A stretch of DNA of 35,691 bases from a virus (Duplodnaviria > Caudoviricetes): IMG/VR virus record IMGVR_UViG_3300027764_000014, positions 1 through 35,691 of that record. One strand, written 5' to 3'. The translations under genes were made by a program, and so were the position numbers. Numbering within the stretch: position 1 is the first letter of the stretch; every line of letters starts with the position of its first letter. The notes beneath the pieces were generated by a model. The model had not been told where the DNA came from, made no database searches, and saw only the letters and a list, made by a program, of their open reading frames with translations. This document shows, in pieces, positions 1 to 8,649 of this stretch.

Positions 1-621
1 TACTACAATGGAACTACATGGGTGCAAACTGCTCAAATTAGAGATGGGTCAAATAATACAAATAGGAGCATTTTAAGTCTTACTGATTTTGACAAACTTA
101 ATAAACCAGCAGGATTTTACCATTTTGGTTATCCAAATGGGGCAGTATTAGCAAATTATATTACTTATAATCTTTATTATTCAGGGGCTAATTTTCAAGG
201 TACAGGATTCGGATGGGTTAAAGTATTTGAATCTCCATACGGAGGAACTGCCACGACTAATTTTTTAGATTTAAGTTTGTCATTTAGTCAAATTGGATTC
301 CAAAGAAATGATGGTGCATTTTGGCAAACTGCGGGTTTTCCATTATATGCTTCATTTAACACAAGAAATGACAATGCTGTTGCTACAACTGGGACAAGAA
401 TAGGGTATCGAGTTTTTTTAGGATATGGCGGAGGTATGGGGATATATAATACAAATCAAAGTCCTTGCAATTGGTTTGATGGAACTGGAGCAGTTGGAGC
501 AGGATATGATGGAGGAAGTTGTGGTACATTTCCTAATGGATTAAAATGGGGAACTGGACAAACTGGTACGGCAGTTTATGCTAATATGTCTGGGACTTGG
601 CAGGCATGGATAAGATATTAA
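1..621 (+). CDS. Receptor-binding/tail-associated protein, 5'-truncated; paralog of 34703..35467
   Basis: Frame is open from base 1 (YYNGTTWVQTAQIRDG...). Shares WVKxFESPY, TTGTRIGYRVF and GYDGGSCGxFPNGLxWGTG with 34703..35467. Its N-terminus is probably the 35477..35691 segment or a close copy. Confidence 0.7.
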   Translation, partial: YYNGTTWVQTAQIRDGSNNTNRSILSLTDFDKLNKPAGFYHFGYPNGAVLANYITYNLYYSGANFQGTGFGWVKVFESPYGGTATTNFLDLSLSFSQIGFQRNDGAFWQTAGFPLYASFNTRNDNAVATTGTRIGYRVFLGYGGGMGIYNTNQSPCNWFDGTGAVGAGYDGGSCGTFPNGLKWGTGQTGTAVYANMSGTWQAWIRY

Positions 622-636
622 TTAAATAAATATAAA

Positions 637-1092
637 ATGGCTATTAAAATATTAACTCAAATTGGTACAGATTCGGGCATAACTTCAGAAGCTTATGTTC
701 GAATCCATGAATACAATATTTCTAAATCAGGAGCAATAAATTTGCAGTTAGAAATATATCTTTCTGAAGATTTAAAGAACCCTGTTAAAAACAAATCTAT
801 TGGTGATTCATTAGTATTAGATTTATCTCATAGCGAAATTGTAACTGAAACTAAAATTATATCAGCTACTAAAGGTGAGTTTTCTCCTATTCCACCAATT
901 AATCAGGAAGGATTAACTGTAATGCCAGAAGGTGTTAATGAGATTGAAGTAAAAGAAATTACTACTGAAACTTTAGTTAAAGTGGTTGATTTATCTGAAT
1001 TAGAAAATAAAACCATATTTGAGTTTGGGTATGACAAATTAAAGACATACTTAATCTCTATTTATGGTAAAGAAAATATTGTTGATTGTTAA
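637..1092 (+). CDS. Hypothetical tail-region protein (possible fibre chaperone)
   Basis: 151-aa ORF with tight spacing between fibre genes; function inferred from context only. Confidence 0.5.
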   Translation: MAIKILTQIGTDSGITSEAYVRIHEYNISKSGAINLQLEIYLSEDLKNPVKNKSIGDSLVLDLSHSEIVTETKIISATKGEFSPIPPINQEGLTVMPEGVNEIEVKEITTETLVKVVDLSELENKTIFEFGYDKLKTYLISIYGKENIVDC

Positions 1093-1104
1093 TAAATAAA
1101 AAGA

Positions 1105-2232
1105 ATGTCAAAAAATACTGATTTATCGGAACTAATTAATTATGTGAAAGGGATTTCATCAGGAAGATTGACATTCCCCTTTTATACTGCAACTACTTCT
1201 TTTACTGGAACAGTTGCAGGTTATCTTGCTTTTGATTCAAGTGGTAATATTTTAACTACTACTTCTCCTGCTACGCAATGGACAACAAGTGGTGCTAATA
1301 TTTATTATAACACAGGAAATGTTGGAATTAACAATGCTTCTCCAGCTTATAAACTTGATGTGGTTGGTGATATTAATATTACAGGTGCTTTCCGTATCAA
1401 TGGGACTTCTATAGGTACAGGTGGAGGCGGAGGAGTATCAGGTAGTGGAACAACTAACTACATTACAAAATGGAGTGGTTCAACTTCATTAACTAATAGT
1501 TTAATTTTTGACAATGGAACAGGTGTGTCAGTTGGTTCATCTAACCCATTATATAAATTTACTGTACAACCTAATACTAACTTAAACTTTGGTGTTGGTT
1601 TTGCTTCATTAAATTCTACTGATGATTCTATTTTTGTCAATGCGGTTAATAATTCTTATGGTGCAATTCCATTATTATTAAATGCTTCTCACTTAGGCTT
1701 CTATATTGGATTCTCTGAGGCTATGAGAATTACATCTTCTAAGATTGTTTTGGTAAATACTACAAGCGGAGTTAGTGGAGGAGGTATTCTTCAAGTTAAT
1801 GGAGATGTTAATATTACTGGTACATTTAAAGTAAATGGTACTGCGATTGGTACAGGTGGTGGTACAGGTAACATTAGTGGTAGTGGTAATTATGCTACTG
1901 TGCCTATATTTACTGCATCTCAGACAATTGGTAATTCATCTTTATTTGCTTCTCCATCGGGAGATTCGGGAGCTTATAGTGGAGCTAATGTTAATTGGCT
2001 TGGAGGTAATGGTTGTCAAATACAATTCTTAGGAGATAGCGAGTCGGGATACGCAAGGATAGCTATTTCTTCAAATAACTTGCCTTCAAATACAGGATTA
2101 AGATTAGAAGTTAGCAGAATTAGAACAACTGGTAAGCTTAATATTGGAGATACAAGTACAAGTGGTTTAATTGTTGGAGATTTATTTGTAGATGCTAATG
2201 GATTTGTTAAAAGGTCTACAAGTGCAACTTAA
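1105..2232 (+). CDS. Tail fibre/spike-like protein
   Basis: G/S/T-rich. Contains GNVGI...P..KLDV.G and EAMRITSS fibre motifs, an internal duplication (GDINITGAFRINGTSIGTGGG / GDVNITGTFKVNGTAIGTGGG) and a GVSGSGT..I.KW block shared with 31890..34565. Confidence 0.75.
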   Translation: MSKNTDLSELINYVKGISSGRLTFPFYTATTSFTGTVAGYLAFDSSGNILTTTSPATQWTTSGANIYYNTGNVGINNASPAYKLDVVGDINITGAFRINGTSIGTGGGGGVSGSGTTNYITKWSGSTSLTNSLIFDNGTGVSVGSSNPLYKFTVQPNTNLNFGVGFASLNSTDDSIFVNAVNNSYGAIPLLLNASHLGFYIGFSEAMRITSSKIVLVNTTSGVSGGGILQVNGDVNITGTFKVNGTAIGTGGGTGNISGSGNYATVPIFTASQTIGNSSLFASPSGDSGAYSGANVNWLGGNGCQIQFLGDSESGYARIAISSNNLPSNTGLRLEVSRIRTTGKLNIGDTSTSGLIVGDLFVDANGFVKRSTSAT

Positions 2233-2246
2233 TTCATAATTATTAT

Positions 2247-2254
2247 TATATTTG
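2247..2254 (+). promoter_or_regulatory. Bacteroidota sigma-70-type -7 element (TATATTTG)
   Basis: Intergenic match to TAnnTTTG upstream of 2286; -33 element unclear. Confidence 0.5.
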
Positions 2255-2285
2255 CTCATTCAAATACATAAACATCCAAAACAAA

Positions 2286-2681
2286 ATGAAAACTAACGCA
2301 GAGTTATTGACACTTGTACAATTCTTGAATGCCAATGTAGGCGAAGGAAAAACTAAAGGTCAAAAGAAATTAATTAAGATTGGAGAAAGAATCCAAAAGC
2401 AACTTGATGATTTTAACGAAAAGAAAGAAGAACTTCGTTTAGATAATGCTTCTGTTGATAAAGATGGTAACTTATTATTGAACGAAAAGAATGAGTATAA
2501 TTTTAATAAAGAAGGAGTTAAAAAGTTAAACTCTCAGTTAAAAGATTTATTACTAAGTGAAATTAGCTTTGAGCCAATTCCTGTTATTAATCCAGAAGGA
2601 TTAGAGCAATACGGATTCTTGAATGGTTGGGTTAGTGGTGTAGAGTTTATTAAAACTGGGATTAAAGAAGAAGAACTTTAA
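2286..2681 (+). CDS. Hypothetical helical protein (DUF1617-like)
   Basis: 131-aa charged coiled ORF with DKDGNLL motif, typical between tail and lysis genes. Confidence 0.5.
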   Translation: MKTNAELLTLVQFLNANVGEGKTKGQKKLIKIGERIQKQLDDFNEKKEELRLDNASVDKDGNLLLNEKNEYNFNKEGVKKLNSQLKDLLLSEISFEPIPVINPEGLEQYGFLNGWVSGVEFIKTGIKEEEL

Positions 2682-2703
2682 AATAGAATGTATTTAATTA
2701 GTA

Positions 2704-3036
2704 ATGGAGAATAATTTAGATAACATAATCAATCCACTAAATGCTATATGGACTATAATAGTTGGTATAGGGGCTTTTCTTACTGGAAGAAAAAAAGAAA
2801 AGATTGAGGTTAAAGGTAGTGAACTTGATAATGTAGATAAGGCGGTGAAAATTTGGCAAGACTTAGCAGAAACAATGACTTTAAAAGTTGAGAAACTAAC
2901 TGAGCAAGTCGAATTGCTTACAAAAGAAAATCAAGAGTTGCGTTCAACTATATCTCGTTTAGAGGATAAGTTAGACAAATTTGATGAAAATCGTAAAGTA
3001 AAAACAGTAAGAGTAAAACAACCAACAACTAAATAG
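2704..3036 (+). CDS. Holin/antiholin-like membrane protein (N-terminal TM plus coiled coil)
   Basis: Hydrophobic segment AIWTIIVGIGAFLTG followed by heptad coil; directly precedes the endolysin. Confidence 0.55.
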   Translation: MENNLDNIINPLNAIWTIIVGIGAFLTGRKKEKIEVKGSELDNVDKAVKIWQDLAETMTLKVEKLTEQVELLTKENQELRSTISRLEDKLDKFDENRKVKTVRVKQPTTK

Positions 3037-3062
3037 GCTACTTCGTGTAGCTTATTTTGTTT
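3031..3062 (+). terminator. Hairpin/intrinsic terminator before endolysin
   Basis: AAATAGGCTAC-TTCGT-GTAGCTTATTT followed by TGTTT. Confidence 0.55.
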
Positions 3063-3075
3063 AAACCCAAACCCA

Positions 3076-3525
3076 ATGGTAACATCAAAACAAGCATTAA
3101 AGAAGTATGGTGAACCGAGTGCAAGCAATCCGCACTTAGTTCTTTGGGATGTCCCAACAGAGTTAGAAATTGGAATCATTCCTAAACGCATCTATTGCAA
3201 TAAGGATATGATTGTGCCATTAGGCAATGCTTTTAAAAAGCTAATCTCAACAGGTTGTGTCAAAGAACTTAAAACCTGGGATGGATGCTTTAACATACGC
3301 AAGATGCGTGGTTTAACTTCAATGAGTTTACACTCTTGGGGTATAGCTATTGATATGAACGCATTTTGTAATCCACTTGGATTATCAAGGCAAGAAATTG
3401 TAAAAAAAGGAATGACACCATTTTCTGAGCAATTTTTAGATTGTTTTCGTTCAAGTGGTTTTGATTGCGGGGCTGATTGGAAATCTCGTCCTGATTTTAT
3501 GCACATGCAATTAGCAACAATATAG
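3076..3525 (+). CDS. Endolysin, peptidase M15 family (L-Ala-D-Glu peptidase-like)
   Basis: R..RG....SLHSWGIAID.N and W...D.MH.Q zinc-peptidase motifs. Confidence 0.9.
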   Translation: MVTSKQALKKYGEPSASNPHLVLWDVPTELEIGIIPKRIYCNKDMIVPLGNAFKKLISTGCVKELKTWDGCFNIRKMRGLTSMSLHSWGIAIDMNAFCNPLGLSRQEIVKKGMTPFSEQFLDCFRSSGFDCGADWKSRPDFMHMQLATI

Positions 3526-3573
3526 TGTTGCATATTCAATTTAAGTTTGTATATTTAACCAAACAAAATAAAT

Positions 3574-4089
3574 ATGTGGCATAAAATAGAAGAATCTAAT
3601 TACGAAGTTTCAAACTTGGGAGAGGTTAGAAACATTAATACTAAGCAAATTAAAAAATTGCACCCTGGTGGAACATCTGCATATTTAATGGTTCAGATTT
3701 ATTTAATAAATGGCAAAAGAAAGAATTATTTGGTTCATAGATTAATTGCCAAATATTTTATAGATAACCCATTTAATAAAGAGCAAGTAAATCACATAGA
3801 TGGCAATAAGCTAAATAATAATTTTGCTAATTTAGAATGGGTTACTCCTAAAGAAAATATGAAGCATGCTTTTGAATCTGGATTATATAAAAAATTTAAT
3901 AATCAGGTTTATAAAGGAAAGTTTGGTTCAGAACATAATCGTAGCATAAAAATAGAGTGCAATGGAATTGTTTATAATGGATATTCGGAAGCAAGTAGAT
4001 TAACAGGTATAAATGTTTCTACAATTCACAGAGCAATTAAATTTAACAGACCATGCAAAAAAATGCACTTCCAACTTGCAAAGATATGA
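3574..4089 (+). CDS. NUMOD4-HNH homing endonuclease, free-standing
   Basis: YEVSNLGEVRN (NUMOD4), VHRLIA..F, VNHIDGNKLNN...NLEWVT..EN..H and a C-terminal HTH-like segment. Confidence 0.9.
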   Translation: MWHKIEESNYEVSNLGEVRNINTKQIKKLHPGGTSAYLMVQIYLINGKRKNYLVHRLIAKYFIDNPFNKEQVNHIDGNKLNNNFANLEWVTPKENMKHAFESGLYKKFNNQVYKGKFGSEHNRSIKIECNGIVYNGYSEASRLTGINVSTIHRAIKFNRPCKKMHFQLAKI

Positions 4090-4535
4090 AACACTTAATA
4101 TTCATTGCGTTACTAATTGTAACGGTTTGCTCATGTAAGCCAACTAAGCAAATTACCGAGATAAAAGAAACCATTAAGGTTGATACTTTTACTCGTAATG
4201 TAGATAGATTCATTTATCGTTCTGTACACGATACTCTAACAATCCAAAATCCATGTGATTCTTTAGGTTTAAAGGACTTTTATTACAAAACTAACCTACC
4301 ACAAGGGAAGGTGATAATTCGTTCCTTAAATGGCAATATTCAAGCTACTATCAACATTGATTCAATTGTAAATGTGTATGAATCTAAGTATAAGTCAGCA
4401 CTATTAAGTAGTACGGATAGAACTATAAAGTTTGTACGCACAAATATTATCCCACAATGGGCATTAATGACAATCTTTATTGAAACACTTATTATCGGAT
4501 TGTATTTATACTTTCGATTAATGTTCCCTAAATAA
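4086..4535 (+). CDS. Lipoprotein with C-terminal TM; unimolecular spanin-like
   Basis: Start re-called at 4086 (ATGA overlap). MKHLIFIALLIVTVCSC gives a lipobox, and there is a C-terminal hydrophobic helix; lies in the lysis cassette. Confidence 0.65.
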   Translation: MKHLIFIALLIVTVCSCKPTKQITEIKETIKVDTFTRNVDRFIYRSVHDTLTIQNPCDSLGLKDFYYKTNLPQGKVIIRSLNGNIQATINIDSIVNVYESKYKSALLSSTDRTIKFVRTNIIPQWALMTIFIETLIIGLYLYFRLMFPK

Positions 4536-4540
4536 ACTTA

Positions 4541-5686
4541 ATGGAAAAGAAAAGCTATTCGCAAATAGTATTAGATGCTATTGCAATTTTTAGTAACAAT
4601 AATGTAACTAAGGCTGAGGCTTCAAGACAAGCATCTGAGGGAACTCATTACAATCCTGAAAACATTAGGAAGGGTATTGTAAAACACCAAGCAAAGAAGT
4701 CAAGAGAAGAAGCCCATGCTGGCTTAGTTTCTCATTGTGAAAGTCGTGGAATTGATGTTAATGATGTTTCACTTTATTGGGATAAGACTAAGGAATATTC
4801 AGTAAAAGTAAACCTTGACAGAAACCAAAAGACTTATGAGAATTTAAGAGATGAAATTATTGAGTCAATGGATGCTCACTCTCCTAAATACCCCAACATT
4901 GAAAGAGATTTCTTAGTTGATGGACATTTACTTGTGGTAGACCCAGCAGATATTCATATTGGTAAATTAGCTACTGCATTTGAAACAGGTGAAGACTATA
5001 ATTCACATATTGCAGTTAAAAGAGTTCACGAAGGTGTAGAAGGTATTTTACAAAAGGTAAAAGGATTTAACATTGACCAAATAATGTTGGTTATTGGTAA
5101 TGATATTCTCCATGTAGATTCACCTCGTAACACAACTACTTCTGGTACTAACCAAGATGTCTGCCAAATGTGGTATGATAACTTTTTAATGGCTAAACAA
5201 CTTTATGTTGAGGTTATTGAAAAACTTACAGGTGTAGCAGATGTTCATGTTGTATTCAATCCTTCTAATCATGATTATACTAATGGTTTCTTTTTGGCTG
5301 ATGCAATCAAGTCTTGGTTTAGACATTCTAACAATATCACATTTGATTGCTCAATCGCACATCGTAAATATTATAGATACTTTGAAAATCTTATTGGCAC
5401 TACGCATGGCGATGGTGCTAAACAGTCTGACTTAGGATTGTTAATGGCTGAGGAGGCTAAGAAGGATTGGGGAACTACTAAGCATAGATATTTTTACACC
5501 CACCATGTTCACCATAAGACATCAAAAGATTTAATCGGGATAACAATTGAATCTTTAAGAAGCCCAAGTGGTTCAGATTCATGGCATCACCGTAACGGTT
5601 ATGGTGTAGGAGGAGTTAAGGCTATTGAAGGTTTCTTACACTCAAAAGAGCATGGTCAGATATGTAGGATAACACATATTTTTTAA
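4541..5686 (+). CDS. Calcineurin-like metallophosphoesterase with N-terminal HTH-like region
   Basis: DxHxG (DIHIG), GND, SNHD, HGD and HHVHH metal-binding motifs in canonical order. Confidence 0.85.
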   Translation: MEKKSYSQIVLDAIAIFSNNNVTKAEASRQASEGTHYNPENIRKGIVKHQAKKSREEAHAGLVSHCESRGIDVNDVSLYWDKTKEYSVKVNLDRNQKTYENLRDEIIESMDAHSPKYPNIERDFLVDGHLLVVDPADIHIGKLATAFETGEDYNSHIAVKRVHEGVEGILQKVKGFNIDQIMLVIGNDILHVDSPRNTTTSGTNQDVCQMWYDNFLMAKQLYVEVIEKLTGVADVHVVFNPSNHDYTNGFFLADAIKSWFRHSNNITFDCSIAHRKYYRYFENLIGTTHGDGAKQSDLGLLMAEEAKKDWGTTKHRYFYTHHVHHKTSKDLIGITIESLRSPSGSDSWHHRNGYGVGGVKAIEGFLHSKEHGQICRITHIF

Positions 5687-5694
5687 TACCTTTG
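5687..5694 (+). promoter_or_regulatory. -7 promoter element (TACCTTTG) with no downstream ORF
   Basis: TAnnTTTG match immediately after the stop codon, about 40 nt before a terminator stem. Confidence 0.5.
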
Positions 5695-5698
5695 TTAC

Positions 5699-5770
5699 GC
5701 GTTCATCGTGTTTCATTGGGTGTTGTGGTTTGGTTAGCAAGGTCGGGGAATATCTCCGACTTTTGCTTTT
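5699..5770 (+). ncRNA. Candidate antisense sRNA-A (GU-rich seed with two CAU triplets plus terminator)
   Basis: Seed GCGTTCATCGTGTTTCATTGGGTGTTGTGGTTTGGTT is complementary to several start-codon regions. Terminator stem GTCGGGGA/TCTCCGAC plus U-tract. Confidence 0.6.
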
Positions 5771-5778
5771 ATAATGTA

Positions 5779-5820
5779 CTTGTTAGCATACCATAAGAAC
5801 TGCTAACAGGTCTTTTTTTT
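5779..5820 (+). terminator. Second intrinsic terminator of late operon
   Basis: CTTGTTAGCA...TGCTAACAGG followed by TC and T8. Confidence 0.7.
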
Positions 5821-5856
5821 AAACAAAAATACCCATCAACAAAGTCAATGGGTATT
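5821..5856 (-). terminator. Intrinsic terminator after dnaB
   Basis: Minus strand AATACCCATTGAC-TTT-GTTGATGGGTATT-TTTGTTT. Confidence 0.75.
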
Positions 5857-5879
5857 CTAATAAACACTATGAAATCAAA

Positions 5880-7235
5880 TTAAAATCCTTTTGATGTATA
5901 AGATGGGTTTAATTCCCTAATCTTGCTTGTTGCTACATCTATAAATAAATCAGCAGTTCTTGTATCCCCATCTCTATTCTTCATAAAGATGTACTCAATT
6001 ACATTATCAAAAACTACATTGTTATTGCCTTCCTCTTTAGCTTTCTCATACTTATAATAATCATCTCGGTATAAACCAATAACTACTGAAGCATCTTGTT
6101 CTATTTGTCCCGAAGAACGCAAGTCAGATAGCTTTGGTCTGTGAGATGTTCTACCTTCTGATTGGCGATTTAATTGTGCTGCACATAAGAAAGGAATGTT
6201 TAACTTCTTGGCTAATTGTTGAATCTTTTTGGAAACTGAGCCAACTACTGCCGTTTCATCATTGCTTCTAATAGAACTATCTGTTATAAGTTGTAAGTAA
6301 TCTACTACAACCATATCAATATTCTTTTCTCGAACAATCTTTTGTATTAAAGTGGATAGGTAATTTATATCTCGGTTTGCTCCATCATACCAAGTAATAG
6401 GTAACTTCTCAAGGTTAGTTACTGCTTTCTTTTGAATGTTGCTAAATTGATTAATATCTATTCGACCTGTTTTAATTTTAGAGTAAGGAGTTGAGTCATC
6501 TAATTGACCACTAATCATTCGGTAAATTAAGGATACAACAGGCATCTCTAAAGATAAGAATAGTACCTTCTTGTTCATCTCTCCTGCACATCTTGAATGC
6601 TCAAGTAAGCAAATGGTCTTTCCTTGCCCAGGTCGTGCTGCAAACAAGATAACATTACCCTTTAGCCAACCACCTGTAACATTGTCTAAGATATTGTATC
6701 CTGTTGGAACTCCCGATAAGCTACCATTAGTCATCACATCCCCGATATTTTCAACTGCACAACTTAAAGCAGACTTCATGTCCATAACTTCATTTGTGTC
6801 ATTTTGAATAATATCGGTAGATGTAACTTTATTAATCTTGTCAATAATTGAGAAATAATCTTCACCATTAACTAATGAATTATTAACTTCTCTGCTCATT
6901 GCAAGAATATCTCTTTTGCCTTTAAGTTCTGCTAAGTAGTAAATTACTTCTTGAGCATTCATTGGAGTTCTTGTTGTAGATGCCATCATAACATCTACCC
7001 AATCATTGCTTCCTTTTGATTTTAAGCGAATAATAATATCAGACTGAGTGAATGTACCTTTTTCAGAAAACAATTCAACACAAGTCAAATATACTGCCTT
7101 AGTTGTACTAAAGTGAAACACATCAGGATTGATTATCTTTTGAATGTCCTTTGTGTAATTTGGGTGGTTCATTAGAAGTGCTAAAATTTCTCTTTCAGCA
7201 TCTAAATCGGTAAATGCTACTTTATCTTGTTTCAT
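5880..7235 (-). CDS. dnaB: Replicative DNA helicase
   Basis: AARPGQGKT Walker A, FLSLEM, VVVDYLQL, QLNR, DLRSSGQIEQDA and KNRDG motifs. Confidence 0.95.
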   Translation of the reverse strand: MKQDKVAFTDLDAEREILALLMNHPNYTKDIQKIINPDVFHFSTTKAVYLTCVELFSEKGTFTQSDIIIRLKSKGSNDWVDVMMASTTRTPMNAQEVIYYLAELKGKRDILAMSREVNNSLVNGEDYFSIIDKINKVTSTDIIQNDTNEVMDMKSALSCAVENIGDVMTNGSLSGVPTGYNILDNVTGGWLKGNVILFAARPGQGKTICLLEHSRCAGEMNKKVLFLSLEMPVVSLIYRMISGQLDDSTPYSKIKTGRIDINQFSNIQKKAVTNLEKLPITWYDGANRDINYLSTLIQKIVREKNIDMVVVDYLQLITDSSIRSNDETAVVGSVSKKIQQLAKKLNIPFLCAAQLNRQSEGRTSHRPKLSDLRSSGQIEQDASVVIGLYRDDYYKYEKAKEEGNNNVVFDNVIEYIFMKNRDGDTRTADLFIDVATSKIRELNPSYTSKGF

Positions 7236-7251
7236 AGTGTGTTGTGTTTTA

Positions 7252-7935
7252 CTAAAATAAATCTAATTGTTTTGTTGGATAATCTTTTCCTAATAAAACA
7301 TCTCCCCATTGTTTTGCCATCGCATCAGCAATTCCTTTAAAAGTCTTGCTTCTTAAAGTCCTTCTTTCTGCTGGTGATTTTGCTTTTTGAAGTGCTTCAT
7401 AATACCATAATGCTTGCCTTTTTGTTTTACCTGTCTTTTTATCTTTCCATTCCATAAATTCTCCTTTTTCAACAATATTAGTATGAATTAGCTTTGGAAG
7501 ATTTTTTAACCATAAACAAGTAGACTTTGATGCTTTATCTCCAAAATGATATGGATGTACAATTTGGTCAGGCTTTCTAATTTTACTTGAAATTACAGAA
7601 ATTGGATTTTCAATTGCTATATGTTTAATATTTGAATCCATTAATTTTTGAACAAAAGCTAAACCATCATTTTGATTTTTTAACCTTTCCATATTAATTG
7701 AGCCATCTTTATTATATAGATGCCTTGCACCACTAACTGCTAAATAAGTGCAAGGTGGATGAGCAATCATCATATCCCAACCTTTATCAATTATTTCAAA
7801 TACATCTCCTTGATAATGCCATTGAGGTTCTCCTCCAGAACATGGTAACAAATCACAAGAATATGCTTCAAAACCTAATTTTCTAAAAGCCTTTGTAACT
7901 GCCTGACTTTCCTCACAAGCTATTAAAATTTTCAT
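7252..7935 (-). CDS. Orphan DNA cytosine-C5 methyltransferase-like protein
   Basis: ACEES SAM-binding start, HPPC catalytic motif, ENP, and RSKTF.GIA.AMA.QW; no cognate REase nearby. Confidence 0.8.
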   Translation of the reverse strand: MKILIACEESQAVTKAFRKLGFEAYSCDLLPCSGGEPQWHYQGDVFEIIDKGWDMMIAHPPCTYLAVSGARHLYNKDGSINMERLKNQNDGLAFVQKLMDSNIKHIAIENPISVISSKIRKPDQIVHPYHFGDKASKSTCLWLKNLPKLIHTNIVEKGEFMEWKDKKTGKTKRQALWYYEALQKAKSPAERRTLRSKTFKGIADAMAKQWGDVLLGKDYPTKQLDLF

Positions 7936-7937
7936 AA

Positions 7938-8414
7938 TTAAAACTTAAAAGGGTTCGAAGTTTGTGGTTTGATAATCATCTTTTGGATATATCCTTCATC
8001 TTCCCAAGTTCGTTGATTAAGATATGTTACAGGATGCTTTCTAAACTTAATATCAGGTGTTGATTTTAAATAGTGTGGCAAAGTTTCAAATATTTTCTCA
8101 ATATCCTTTATAGGTAGCTTTAAAAACTTTGTCTTTGCATCCTTAGTACCAATCTTTTTATCATACATCTCCCAGAACTTATTGAAATGCTCCTCCTTTT
8201 GATTGACCTCTTGAAGAATCTCTTGGGCACTAACTTTTGGAATTTGTGGTAATGCAATTGATTTATCAATGTGGTAAATTAATTCTAACCCTTCTGTTCC
8301 ACTTAACTTAGTTTCATTTAGTGAATCAAGTAATTCTTGGTCTTTAATTGCGTAGTGAAACTTGCTTAAAAGTTCTTGTAAGAAATCACCGAGTGCTAAT
8401 TGTTTTGTTTTCAT
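7938..8414 (-). CDS. Replication initiator/replisome-organiser-like protein
   Basis: Start re-called at 8414 (ACAACACA leader). C-terminal F..FW..Y.KK.G...A...F and HP.TYLNQ..WEDE motifs; close to dnaB. Confidence 0.7.
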   Translation of the reverse strand: MKTKQLALGDFLQELLSKFHYAIKDQELLDSLNETKLSGTEGLELIYHIDKSIALPQIPKVSAQEILQEVNQKEEHFNKFWEMYDKKIGTKDAKTKFLKLPIKDIEKIFETLPHYLKSTPDIKFRKHPVTYLNQRTWEDEGYIQKMIIKPQTSNPFKF

Positions 8415-8649
8415 TGTGTTGTTCGTTATACCAATCTTTAAATTTCTTAATTCGCATAAATGCAGCAAATTGTTCTCTGTTTTTCGAAAATTCCAATCTA
8501 TTAATTGAAACTAATAATGATTCATGAGAATTGTGAATTATAATATTATCATAACATTTAAAGTCAATCATTGGCTCTTTTGTTTTAATAAAATCAGTAG
8601 CCCAATCAACTGCCATTTGGTAGTATTCATCTTGCTTAGATTCCTCCAT
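8386..8649 (-). CDS. Hypothetical protein
   Basis: 87-aa ORF in the overlapping gene chain. Confidence 0.6.
   Translation of the reverse strand: MEESKQDEYYQMAVDWATDFIKTKEPMIDFKCYDNIIIHNSHESLLVSINRLEFSKNREQFAAFMRIKKFKDWYNEQHNENKTISTR

Noticed and set aside
3526-4062. Group I intron in the endolysin gene
   Set aside because: Only 48 non-coding nt are available, no ribozyme core is visible, and the endolysin is complete without splicing.
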